Source: a virus (taxonomy: Duplodnaviria; Caudoviricetes). From it: a DNA stretch of 64,000 nucleotides. Positions 17,692 through 27,129 of this stretch are shown here, one piece after another (position 1 is the first letter of the stretch; each line of letters opens with the position of its first letter). The position numbers were made by a program, and so were the translations under genes. The DNA lies in IMG/VR virus record IMGVR_UViG_3300038345_000144. One strand, written 5' to 3'. The notes beneath the pieces were generated by a model, which saw only the letters and a program-made list of their open reading frames with translations, made no database searches and had not been told where the DNA came from.

Positions 17692-18642
17692 TTAGACCTT
17701 GAGGACCATATCGTATGCACGGTCTACGAGAGGATGTCCGTGGATAACCTTCATATAACGGTTGATGTTGCCGTTAATCGTGTTCTTGCTGTCTGCGTGG
17801 TCAACCCAGTCGGTGACGGCTGACAGGAAACGATAAGCGTTGTTATCGAAGTTTGCGAGGTCGTCCTTCTCAAGATAGACGGACATCAACTGTGTTCTTC
17901 TAATCTTGATGTTCTCGATAACCTTCTCGGAGGCTTCCTTCTCGCCAACCTTTACTACGGGAAGAGGGAACAGTCTCTCGATGAATTCCTTTACCTGCAA
18001 AGGAGACAACTTAATGCCGTTGAGAACCTCTGCTTCTCTCTGGAGGGCTTCCATATACTTTGAGCCTGCAAGGAGAACTTCCTGTGCCTCTGCAATCTTG
18101 CCGTTAGGGTCGCCAGAGTGCTTGCAACGCCATACTCTTGATACAGCAGAGAGAGGCATATTGAAGAAGTTAGAGCAAGCAACTCTACGAGGAACTACGA
18201 GAGCCGTAACGCTACCAGTACCGTCGTGGGAGTTCTTGAATACGATGTAGCACTCCAACTTATCACCGAATACGGAATACTCTTCTGCTACTCTACCTTC
18301 GAGCCAAGTGGAACGACCACCCTTGAAGGAACCGCCCTTTACGAACTCAACGGACTTGTCGTTGTAAAGGTGCTTTGTGAACTCGAAAGCCTCTGTGTTC
18401 TGAACCAACTTGTACTTGTCAGTTACGATACCGAGTGCCTTGCCGTCCTCTTCACGAACAACCGTCTTGGTGTTAGGGATGAGTACCTTCTCACCGTTGA
18501 GGTCTACATAGGTGTCGTGTGTGTCTACGGTCCAGTTCAGACCTGTCTGTGCCAAAATGTCTTCGTATGATGTAGGATTAACGATGTCCTCACCAAAACC
18601 TGTCTCCAACTTTTCCTTTGTCAAAAATGTTAAATCTGCCAT
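17692..18642 (-). CDS. DUF932 family phage/plasmid protein
   Basis: GLNWTV, LGIVTDKYKLVQNTEAF, NSHDGTG, RVACSN; start reset to 18642 (GGAGG RBS). Confidence 0.8.
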   Translation of the reverse strand: MADLTFLTKEKLETGFGEDIVNPTSYEDILAQTGLNWTVDTHDTYVDLNGEKVLIPNTKTVVREEDGKALGIVTDKYKLVQNTEAFEFTKHLYNDKSVEFVKGGSFKGGRSTWLEGRVAEEYSVFGDKLECYIVFKNSHDGTGSVTALVVPRRVACSNFFNMPLSAVSRVWRCKHSGDPNGKIAEAQEVLLAGSKYMEALQREAEVLNGIKLSPLQVKEFIERLFPLPVVKVGEKEASEKVIENIKIRRTQLMSVYLEKDDLANFDNNAYRFLSAVTDWVDHADSKNTINGNINRYMKVIHGHPLVDRAYDMVLKV

Positions 18643-18863
18643 CTTTAATTCCTCCTGAATAATTTTCGTAAGGTGTTTTATCTTTAACGACCTCATATTA
18701 CCATAGAAACTTTCAGGCTGTCAAGTGTATTTTCGGCAAAATATTCAAAAAAATGCCAAAATGGTCAGATTTGTCCTATTAAACGGACTAAAATGGGTAA
18801 AAAGGCATAAAAAACTCCCCGTAAAATCAATTACGAGGAATTTTTTTAATAATGTGGATTGCT

Positions 18864-19075
18864 ATTACAGCCCCCATAAATGAGGAAAGTTGAACGAGTT
18901 GTCAATGAACCCTTGTCAGCTTTGAACAACCTCCGATGCGGAGAACAGCCGTTTTACGCCAAGATTTGCTGAACAACCCCCGAAACGGGGAAACTTGTGC
19001 ATATATTACACAAGTTCTTTGTGGACTAAACCGCAGAGTTTGAGTCCTTTAGAACAACCCCCGAAACGGGGAAAA
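18864..19075 (-). CRISPR. Degenerate type I-E-like CRISPR mini-array (4 repeats, 3 spacers)
   Basis: Minus-strand repeats TTTTCCCCGTTTCGGGGGTTGTTCT (19051-19075), GTTTCCCCGTTTCGGGGGTTGTTCA (18970-18994), GTTCTCCGCATCGGAGGTTGTTCA (18923-18946), CTTTCCTCATTTATGGGGGCTGTAAT (18864-18889); each is a hairpin plus 8-nt tail; spacers 56, 23, 33 nt. Confidence 0.7.
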
Positions 19076-19087
19076 TTTCCCTTCCTA

Positions 19088-20161
19088 TTATATACTTGCC
19101 AGATTTACATTCCTGTAAGACATATCATCTGTTACCTCTTTAATGACCTTAATCTCATCTGGTATAGAGATTTTAGCGTCCTCGGAGGACATTTCAATCT
19201 CAAGAATTGCCACATCATTCCAGTTAGGATAAATGTCTATCTCTAAATAACAATCCATATATGACATACAGTAGCGTGTCTTTCTTATCTGGTGCTTTGA
19301 GGTGTCTGCGTTCATCAACAGGGCTAAATACTCGTCCTTTGTCAACATACGCTCAATCTCCATACGCTTGATGTCCGATACCCTACGCTTGATGGTCTTT
19401 GTGTAAACATAGTTACCGTTAAGTCCTCTTTGTCTAACTCTGACCTCATCTTCGGGGTTATCGCTGTTCAAATATGTCTGGATAATATCTACCTTCTGAA
19501 CATTAGGCAGGCTCTCCAGCCACGCAACATCAGGGTACTCAATCAAGAATTTACGCTCAATCTCGTAAGGCTCTGGCTCACCTAAATAAGATGTGATTTC
19601 CGTCATAAGTCGCTTAATCTTCTCATCAAAACCTGTTGAGTTGTCGATAATTCTGAAGTGCGGGTGTCCTGTCCAAGCCTGCATAACCTTTGTATCGTTA
19701 TCCCTTGCCTGTTCAGGAGTTTCCCATCTTGCCTGATTATTTTCTGTGGTATAGAACTCTTCTGCACCCTTCGCCGCAGTTACGAGGTGGAATACTGCAC
19801 CGTAGTTATCACGGAGTTCAACCTCATTTGTGCCAAGAGTATGTAAAACTCTGTTCCACATTTCTTCGTCCATATAAGCCTTGTTATCCAAAACTCCTCT
19901 GTCGCAGATGATAATAGCCTTCTGGTCAAGAGTTTTAGAGGCTTCCTCATAGATACGCTCCTTATCTAACTGGTATTTTGTCAGATAAGTCTGGAATTCC
20001 TTAAAATCTACTGGGGTTAATCCGCTTGAGATAAGTTCGGTGGCAGACTCGGCAATAATAAGTACCTTATAACCAAGTTGTGTCAATTCCTTACTAATCC
20101 TGCTCATAGCGGTTGATTTACCAGCACAAGGACCGCCAGTTATTACGATTTTTTCAACCAT
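19088..20161 (-). CDS. AAA_28 P-loop kinase-like domain fused to CYTH domain
   Basis: GGPCAGKS Walker A, CDRG; EIERKFL CYTH motif. Confidence 0.85.
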   Translation of the reverse strand: MVEKIVITGGPCAGKSTAMSRISKELTQLGYKVLIIAESATELISSGLTPVDFKEFQTYLTKYQLDKERIYEEASKTLDQKAIIICDRGVLDNKAYMDEEMWNRVLHTLGTNEVELRDNYGAVFHLVTAAKGAEEFYTTENNQARWETPEQARDNDTKVMQAWTGHPHFRIIDNSTGFDEKIKRLMTEITSYLGEPEPYEIERKFLIEYPDVAWLESLPNVQKVDIIQTYLNSDNPEDEVRVRQRGLNGNYVYTKTIKRRVSDIKRMEIERMLTKDEYLALLMNADTSKHQIRKTRYCMSYMDCYLEIDIYPNWNDVAILEIEMSSEDAKISIPDEIKVIKEVTDDMSYRNVNLASI

Positions 20162-20441
20162 TTAGTACCTCTTTCTTTTGTGGTTTATGATATTTGATAA
20201 TCAAAATAAACTGGATGATTACTTCCAGCATTACTACGGAACTGAATAGCATTTCATACCAAGTAACTTTGGTCAGTACCCAGTACACCATCCACAACGA
20301 GTTCATAAACAATACCAAAATCTGAGATAACAGTGATATATCCTGACTTGATTTTGTTCTCACCAACTTGACTATCTGGGGCAAGAAGGTGCAAAACTCT
20401 ATGGTGTGTAATGCACAAAAAATTATGTCAGCAACATTCAT
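20154..20441 (-). CDS. PQ-loop (SemiSWEET-like) transporter
   Basis: FLPQIVKLVRTKSSQDIS; three TM helices. Confidence 0.8.
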   Translation of the reverse strand: MNVADIIFCALHTIEFCTFLPQIVKLVRTKSSQDISLLSQILVLFMNSLWMVYWVLTKVTWYEMLFSSVVMLEVIIQFILIIKYHKPQKKEVLNG

Positions 20442-20664
20442 TAAGTCGTACTTCCTTTTTGAAATGCCAGTATATCCAGCCTTTCATCAAAGGTAATAAC
20501 TCCAATTTCATACAATACACGGGTAAAACCTCTAATGTATTCATAAGTGGACTCGCTTGGCTTATCAAAGTATCTCTCAAGCATTTGTCCCAATCTGTCG
20601 TTATATCCTTTTACTTTTTTTAGTGTTTCTGCTTTTATAGGCATAGTGTGTTCTCCATTTCTTT

Positions 20665-21120
20665 TTATATTATTTCTTGTATTACTGAAATACTCTCCCA
20701 ATCGGGTGTTATGAGAATATTTACGGTGCAATCGTCAAGAGTATATGTTGTATTATAATTGACGGCATAGATTGAATGAGCATCTAAATCATCTAACAGG
20801 TGGCATAAGTATTCATAACCTTCCAATACACGGTTATGTATATCCATTGTGTCAGACTTCCCAGGTATAACAAACTGTTGAACATCAGGCACAAAAGTAA
20901 AATCGTGTAAGAAATTATCATCGAAAGTGAAGTCTATGCTTCCTGTGAATTTGCCAAACTGTACTTCTTTTATATAAGAATAAATCAAGTCTAAATCAAA
21001 CTCACTTACCTCTTTTTCAAGGCTCCCGACAACTTCCTCTACCTTGTCTATCCTGTCACCTACTTTGGTAGATTTACCAGTTTTGGTGTTAATGATTGTA
21101 TGTCCGTCAAACACTAACAT
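20665..21120 (-). CDS. Hypothetical protein
   Basis: GGAG RBS, operonic. Confidence 0.6.
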   Translation of the reverse strand: MLVFDGHTIINTKTGKSTKVGDRIDKVEEVVGSLEKEVSEFDLDLIYSYIKEVQFGKFTGSIDFTFDDNFLHDFTFVPDVQQFVIPGKSDTMDIHNRVLEGYEYLCHLLDDLDAHSIYAVNYNTTYTLDDCTVNILITPDWESISVIQEII

Positions 21121-21130
21121 AAATTACTCC

Positions 21131-22120
21131 TTAAACAGCAACAGGAATACCCTTAATCTTTTCTGCATACTCGTAATTATCAAGGTGGATATTTTCGAGT
21201 GAGAAGTCATAGAAGTCGGTAACTCCATCGTCAATATAGAACTTCGGAGCAGGGAATTTCTGGTTATTTACCACCCTATCAACTGTTTCCATATGTCTGT
21301 CGTAGATGTGTGCGTCAGCGATAACGTGGACAAACTCACCTACTTCAAGTCCCGTAGCCCTTGCAATAAGATGTACGAGAACGGCATACTGGGCAACATT
21401 CCAACCATTTGCAACCAACATATCCTGTGAACGCTGATTGAGAATAGCGTTTAACTTATATCCGTCGGTTTTGTTTCCTGTAACATTAAAGGTCATAGAA
21501 TACGCACACGGATGTAAGTTCATTTCAGACAAATCGTGGAACTGATAGATGTTTGTAAGCACTCTTCTGTTCATCGGAGTAAGAATGAGGTCATAGATAA
21601 CCTTGTTAACCTGGTCCATCCACCACTCACCGTTGATACAGTAAGCAACAGTAACCTTGTTATCCCTTCTGCGACAAATCCTTGAAATATGTCCGTCCTT
21701 ACAATCCTTGTCAACATTCTCGATGAGGTAATTTTCACCAAATGCCTTGAGAAGTTTGACATCGGAAACACCCTTATATCTGTCAAGAACGCCTAACTGG
21801 TAGCCATAAGCCTTACCAATGGAGCCATTCTCATCAGCCCAAGAGTCCCAAATATGAGAGTTGAGGTCATTAACATTATTTGACTTCTTCTGCCAAATCC
21901 ATAATAATTCATCAACTAATGCTTGAAAGTTAATCCAACGCTGTGTCTGCATCGGGAATTCTTCAGCAAGGTTATACCTATTTACGACACCAAATGCCTT
22001 ATAGGTAAAAGCGGGAGTTCCATCTTCCCAATGAGGTCTTACTTCCTCGTTCTCTGTGGTATAGCCTGAATTCTTTATGGTGGCTATTGTCTCATCAAAT
22101 TTGTCGTCTGCTTTGCTCAT
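21131..22120 (-). CDS. thyA: Thymidylate synthase
   Basis: ELLWI, GKAYGYQ, NRR, LHPC, QRSQD, WNVAQY, DAHIYDRH. Confidence 0.95.
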   Translation of the reverse strand: MSKADDKFDETIATIKNSGYTTENEEVRPHWEDGTPAFTYKAFGVVNRYNLAEEFPMQTQRWINFQALVDELLWIWQKKSNNVNDLNSHIWDSWADENGSIGKAYGYQLGVLDRYKGVSDVKLLKAFGENYLIENVDKDCKDGHISRICRRRDNKVTVAYCINGEWWMDQVNKVIYDLILTPMNRRVLTNIYQFHDLSEMNLHPCAYSMTFNVTGNKTDGYKLNAILNQRSQDMLVANGWNVAQYAVLVHLIARATGLEVGEFVHVIADAHIYDRHMETVDRVVNNQKFPAPKFYIDDGVTDFYDFSLENIHLDNYEYAEKIKGIPVAV

Positions 22121-22135
22121 AAAATATATCCTTTC

Positions 22136-23782
22136 TTATTTTAATAAACTCTCTGGCACATAGATAATATCACTCTTAATAGATAGATAAAAGTCATCAC
22201 CATCTATCAAAGTGACGGTATTAAACCCGTGAATATCCGTGTATTTCATATATCCTTTTATTCTCTGTTCAATAAGGTCAAATCTGGTCTTCATATACAA
22301 CTTATTTTTGGTGGAAGAGCCATCACATACGATAAACAAACGGTTGCCGAAATGCTTTCTTCCTTCCTGTGACTGGTTCTTATACAGCCACTCGATTAAC
22401 TTGTCCCTACCATTACGGGTAGTCATATCTGGAGTAAAATTGATATTGTCAGGAATAGTTGTAACCTTCAAATCAAAAGGCTCACCCTTGATGTAAAAAT
22501 CAATTAACTTATGCTTTGAGTTTGCCTCATCTACCGCACCGTACTTAACGAACAGGTCTTCACAAGTAAGTGATACTTGAGCATTAAACCACCTGTGGAG
22601 AGCATAGTTGAGGTCAATCTCATTCTCTTCGCAGGCTTTCTTAACCTCATCTACCGTTTTGGCACTGTAAATAAAACCTGACATTTTATCATTATCATCA
22701 GATTGCTTTTCCCATTGAGCGTCCATCATCTGTAACGCCCTGACTAATTCTTTTTGTAACGGTGTGTCATTAGGGTTTACCTTAATGATGTCAGGAATAT
22801 TCTGCTTTTTCTTGAGGTCTCTATTAGGGAGTTCGCTGTGACGGACAATCTTAATAGACCAGAACTGTTCCTCGGTCATATCGTTGATGTCCTTACAGAA
22901 CTCATATCCTTCATAGTCTAACTCGTAGATAAACTTACCCTTAACATTCTGGTGGAACTTCTGACGAGCCTTATATCCAGCCGTATCTTGGTCGGTAGCC
23001 AAGACAAGCATAGGCAAATCAGCCTTCATAATCTGCTCGTACTGTTTAGCGGAGCCTGTACCGTTTAAGGCAATAGCATAACCGCCCCAAGACCAAATAG
23101 AGAGAGCGTCAATCATACTCTCTACGACAAAGACCTTATCAATCTTTGCACCTGCTTTGCGAGCCTGCTCTAACTCATAAAGTCCATAAACAGGCTTATC
23201 TACGCTGTCAGGGTAGTGGAAGTATTTAGTCTCTGTGCTACGGATAGCCACGAACAGAATATTGCCGTGAATATCTTTTACAGGGAACAATACCTCTTTA
23301 CGCTCTTCATCATAGCAAACCTCAAACAAATCAAGGATTTCCTTCTTGATGTGTCTGGTATTAAGCATATAGTCAGAGTATTTTCTGTACTTATCAAGGA
23401 TTGATGGCTTAATGTATTTAGGCTCTGGCTTCTTTTCCTTCTTTGTTACCAACTTGATATTAGTCGGCTCGAAAATCTCATAGGAAGTAACCTCAAAATT
23501 ATCACGCAACCACTCCACTCCATCAGCGTGAACAACATCGCCAATGACTTGTGGGAGTGAATGAGAGCATTTACAGTTATGACAAAAGAAGAGTCCGTCT
23601 TCTTTTCTGAACTGTGCAGAAGGCTTATTTTCCTGACCGAGTTTGTGGTAAGGGCATTGTACCATTAGGTACTCATTAGCCTCTTTATAGCCCATTGAGA
23701 AGTACGGAGCACTCTCTAATAATAATCTGTCTAAAATCTCATATATAGTAGCATTTACATTGAGATTTTTACCTACCTGCAT
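22136..23782 (-). CDS. dnaG: DnaG-type primase with C-terminal PD-(D/E)XK-like extension
   Basis: CPYH..CHNC Zn finger; TOPRIM VESMIDA, DQDTAG, KDIND; C-terminal E...IDF...FDLK. Confidence 0.85.
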   Translation of the reverse strand: MQVGKNLNVNATIYEILDRLLLESAPYFSMGYKEANEYLMVQCPYHKLGQENKPSAQFRKEDGLFFCHNCKCSHSLPQVIGDVVHADGVEWLRDNFEVTSYEIFEPTNIKLVTKKEKKPEPKYIKPSILDKYRKYSDYMLNTRHIKKEILDLFEVCYDEERKEVLFPVKDIHGNILFVAIRSTETKYFHYPDSVDKPVYGLYELEQARKAGAKIDKVFVVESMIDALSIWSWGGYAIALNGTGSAKQYEQIMKADLPMLVLATDQDTAGYKARQKFHQNVKGKFIYELDYEGYEFCKDINDMTEEQFWSIKIVRHSELPNRDLKKKQNIPDIIKVNPNDTPLQKELVRALQMMDAQWEKQSDDNDKMSGFIYSAKTVDEVKKACEENEIDLNYALHRWFNAQVSLTCEDLFVKYGAVDEANSKHKLIDFYIKGEPFDLKVTTIPDNINFTPDMTTRNGRDKLIEWLYKNQSQEGRKHFGNRLFIVCDGSSTKNKLYMKTRFDLIEQRIKGYMKYTDIHGFNTVTLIDGDDFYLSIKSDIIYVPESLLK

Positions 23783-25122
23783 TAGAAGTCCTCTTCTGCG
23801 TCCTTATATTCTTCGTTTGCGTTCTTTGTGGCAGTTGCCAATTCAGGGTGTTCGAAACCGTCTTTAGGGTTAGGAACATAAGTAAAGTCACCTGTGTTAA
23901 TCTTGACTGCCCAAATAAGTTTCTGTCCCATAGGACCATATCTGTTCTTGTTGACATAGATTGTGATTGTATCTCCATCTTCCTTTGACTTCTTGTGAAT
24001 GATAGAGAATACACGGCTTGCGTTGTGGGCAATACCATCGGAACCACGAATTGTATCGAGTTCAGGTGCTTCGGTATTAACATCACCGTCCTTATCACGG
24101 GCGGCTTCACGGTTAGCCTGTACGACAACAATAATCGGAATATTGAGTTCTACGCTCAAAGACATCAAATCTTCGGAAATCTCTGTAAGTCTTTCCGTAG
24201 TGTTTTGCTTGCCATTTAGACACCTCTCGTTTGCGAGGTATGTGATACCGTCCAAGACAATCATCTGCAAGTTGAGTTCGAGAACCCAACGCTTCAATGC
24301 CGTAACTGTAACCTGCTTGTTGAAAGTAGCAGGGTTAGTAACATTGAACAACGCCTTGTTTTTAGGCAAATTGGAACAATATGTCTTATATTTAGCAGGG
24401 TCAAAGTATTTATCTCCACCCTGAATACCCTTGTTATCCCAGTGCTTGTAAAGGGTATCGAAACGATAACCAACAGAGTCGGCAGACATTTCTGGTGAGA
24501 AGAAACCTACATTGTAGCCAGCCTCCCAAACAGCAACAGCCATCTTTTCAGCGAGCCAAGACTTGAGGTTGTTAGTACGGGCAAAAATTACCAGCAACTC
24601 TTCTCTTCGTCTGATACCTTCAATAGACAAATCAAGGTCGTCCAAACCCGTAGGGAACCAGTAGTTCTCTGGGTTGTTCATTCTGTCAATAAGTGCGTTA
24701 TATCTGTCTGGAGCCGTCTGAACAATATCGACACCAAACTGCTTGTTAGGTCTCGGAGGGATTGATGCGAGTTTCATCTTCAAGTTGGCAAGAGCCATTT
24801 CTGCATCGACACCCCATTCAGGACCGCTTTCGTCTACAATACGAGTTGCCTCATAAGCAATCTTTTCACCGTACAACTTACGGACGATATAATCTCTTGA
24901 CTCATCTGAAGAACCATAACTTTCTTTGAGGTCTTCAAATTGTTCTTTATCGAACTCACTGACCATAGTAGCCATAGCAGGAACCTGCTTGAACTGTTGC
25001 CAGTGCTTAAAAATAAAGTCATATGCTTCAGGGTAGTTCCAGTAATACTCTGGACCATACATCTGAAGTAACTCGACATCGTTTTTGTTGATAATATAGT
25101 TCAACGCTTGCATCTGTATCAT
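23782..25122 (-). CDS. dnaB: DnaB-like replicative helicase
   Basis: PTGLDDLD, FSPEMS, VLDGITYL, VVVQANRE, GSDGIAHNA, KNRYG. Confidence 0.9.
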   Translation of the reverse strand: MIQMQALNYIINKNDVELLQMYGPEYYWNYPEAYDFIFKHWQQFKQVPAMATMVSEFDKEQFEDLKESYGSSDESRDYIVRKLYGEKIAYEATRIVDESGPEWGVDAEMALANLKMKLASIPPRPNKQFGVDIVQTAPDRYNALIDRMNNPENYWFPTGLDDLDLSIEGIRRREELLVIFARTNNLKSWLAEKMAVAVWEAGYNVGFFSPEMSADSVGYRFDTLYKHWDNKGIQGGDKYFDPAKYKTYCSNLPKNKALFNVTNPATFNKQVTVTALKRWVLELNLQMIVLDGITYLANERCLNGKQNTTERLTEISEDLMSLSVELNIPIIVVVQANREAARDKDGDVNTEAPELDTIRGSDGIAHNASRVFSIIHKKSKEDGDTITIYVNKNRYGPMGQKLIWAVKINTGDFTYVPNPKDGFEHPELATATKNANEEYKDAEEDF

Positions 25123-25138
25123 ATTCTTATACCCTCAC

Positions 25139-25813
25139 TTATATTCCTCTAAAATCAGTTCCGTGGAACTCGATTACCTCTGAAGCATTAAATACTCTAC
25201 TTGCAAGTCGTCCACCGAGATTTTCCGAAAGATTAAAAATATTTGTAATATTAGAAGTATAGATATTACACTTACCAGCACTCATACGGTCTTCAATGAA
25301 CATCAAGAGTTGCTGTCGCTGGTAATCAGTAGCGTAAGCCCCACAACCAATATCGTCCCAAATGACAATATCTGCCTCTGCAATATGCTGAATATAGGCA
25401 GGGGGATTATTGAACTTCTTTATATCATCAATAAACTTTGGAACGGAAACATAGATACCCTTTGTCTGTCCGTAACTTCTGTACCAGTTCTTATAAAAAT
25501 AGTTTAACAGGAGTTTTACAGCCCAAGAGGTCTTTGCATTACCAAAGTTAGTAGAGCAAAGATACAAATTCTTGCCATTAGCAACAAAGTCATTGATGTC
25601 CTTCTTAATCTCTGCAAGTCGCTTATAAGCATCGGTATCAACCTTATTCTTCTCGGTGATAATCAATTTAAGAGGCACACGATAGTTCTGTGGAAGATTA
25701 CTATTGTCCATAAGGCTCTGTGTCTGTATATAACGGTCACATAAGTCTGAACATTGTTTAGTGTTCTTCAAGCCACAATTTCTACAAATACAATCAACTG
25801 GTCTTTTTCCCAT
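25139..25813 (-). CDS. DnaC/IstB-like helicase loader
   Basis: FGNAKTS, IWDDIG, IYTSN, GGRLASRV, GTDFR. Confidence 0.8.
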   Translation of the reverse strand: MGKRPVDCICRNCGLKNTKQCSDLCDRYIQTQSLMDNSNLPQNYRVPLKLIITEKNKVDTDAYKRLAEIKKDINDFVANGKNLYLCSTNFGNAKTSWAVKLLLNYFYKNWYRSYGQTKGIYVSVPKFIDDIKKFNNPPAYIQHIAEADIVIWDDIGCGAYATDYQRQQLLMFIEDRMSAGKCNIYTSNITNIFNLSENLGGRLASRVFNASEVIEFHGTDFRGI

Positions 25814-26571
25814 TAGAATACAGTCTCTCCCTTCTTGCCGTTTTCAAGTTCTTCTCTTTTCTTACGGATTTCTTCCTTTTCCGCATCTGTGTAAGTACCA
25901 CTAACGATACCCGTAGCACTAAATCCCTGATGAATAGTGCGTTTTGTAATAGGCTCGGTAGGTGCTACGAACTTGAACCAACAATGGTCGATAGACTGCT
26001 GTACTACCCAAATCATAGAGTCCTCATCCAAGTGCATAGCCACCAACTCACCAATAAGACGGTCAACCATTGACGGACGGAGCATATCTGCTGAAGCAAA
26101 TCTACCCTCTCCGTTCAGCCAAGCCGTAAAATATGTGATGAGAATGGTCTTTACATTCTTTGGAATTTCCCAACCCTCAATTCTGTCAACGAGTCGGGTA
26201 TAACGGTTCTCTACTTTCTGTTCCTTAACCACATTGACCTGTTCCTGAATGGCGGTCTGCTCTTCAGGGGTCTGTACTTTGGTCTTGGACTTCTTTGCAA
26301 CCCTAACCAGTTTGACATTCTTAATCTCACCGTTCTTGTTCTTGGTGACATCAACATAACCATTGTCAATTAACTCTTGCCAAAGGTTTTCAAGTTCTGC
26401 TTTAGGTGTTGTAGTAAAATTTGAACTTAAATCAGCCAAACCACAAATCTTCGGATTGGCGTGATACAGGAGCATATATAAACCTTTTGCTCCTACTGAC
26501 ACATTAGGGTCTTCCAAAATAGAAGTTGGGAATGTTCCCATCTTCTGCCAAGTTTCTGTTGCAATCCACAT
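25813..26571 (-). CDS. Phage replication initiator-like HTH protein
   Basis: LEDPNVSVGAKGLY...ELIDNGYV N-terminus; directly upstream of loader, helicase and primase. Confidence 0.6.
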   Translation of the reverse strand: MWIATETWQKMGTFPTSILEDPNVSVGAKGLYMLLYHANPKICGLADLSSNFTTTPKAELENLWQELIDNGYVDVTKNKNGEIKNVKLVRVAKKSKTKVQTPEEQTAIQEQVNVVKEQKVENRYTRLVDRIEGWEIPKNVKTILITYFTAWLNGEGRFASADMLRPSMVDRLIGELVAMHLDEDSMIWVVQQSIDHCWFKFVAPTEPITKRTIHQGFSATGIVSGTYTDAEKEEIRKKREELENGKKGETVF

Positions 26572-26606
26572 ATTTAAGTAATTTCCTTACAATATTTTTT
26601 TGGTGT

Positions 26607-26960
26607 TTAACACCAGTTTTCACTTATTTCTTCTACTATCTTCGACCCACTATGATTACCAGTGGGGCAAATTCGTTCTGTCTTGAGAGCCTCGATGACT
26701 CCCCTTGTCCTTGTCATAAAGAATGTTGCGTTTTCATCCATCTTTGAGAAACCCAACTGTCTGCTGTAATAATATATGAAGTTGTTATTCTCCACATAGT
26801 TGAACTTCTCAACGATATTATAGTATATCAAGCAACGCTCGTTTATGTCCTTTACCTTGTTGTACCCAATGTACTTAACTTGCTCCCATACATATTTGTA
26901 GTCTTTTTGAGCAAGGGCTTTGATAATGTGTCCCTGGTCATTTGTAATCTTTTTTGGCAT
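26607..26960 (-). CDS. Hypothetical protein (weak sigma region-2 resemblance)
   Basis: IVEKFNYVENNNFIYY vs sigma AVEKFDY..GFKFSTY; own upstream promoter. Confidence 0.5.
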   Translation of the reverse strand: MPKKITNDQGHIIKALAQKDYKYVWEQVKYIGYNKVKDINERCLIYYNIVEKFNYVENNNFIYYYSRQLGFSKMDENATFFMTRTRGVIEALKTERICPTGNHSGSKIVEEISENWC

Positions 26961-27129
26961 CTTCTACCTCACAGTTATCCCATTATTAAACTATGAATAT
27001 TATAGCAATTCCACCTTGAACTGTAAAGTGAAATTTTTAATAAGTATAAATTTTTTACCCCAAGTCAGAAAAAAAGAAATATCTATGCAACTATAAAAAT
27101 TGCATAGATACTCTTTTAGTTACTTAATT

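Noticed and set aside
18947-18969. Self-target for the 23-nt spacer within the window
   Set aside because: Only short chance matches found by eye; needs a real search
21620-21790. Insertion in thyA as possible intron or intein
   Set aside because: Short, in-frame, in the variable region, and without splicing motifs
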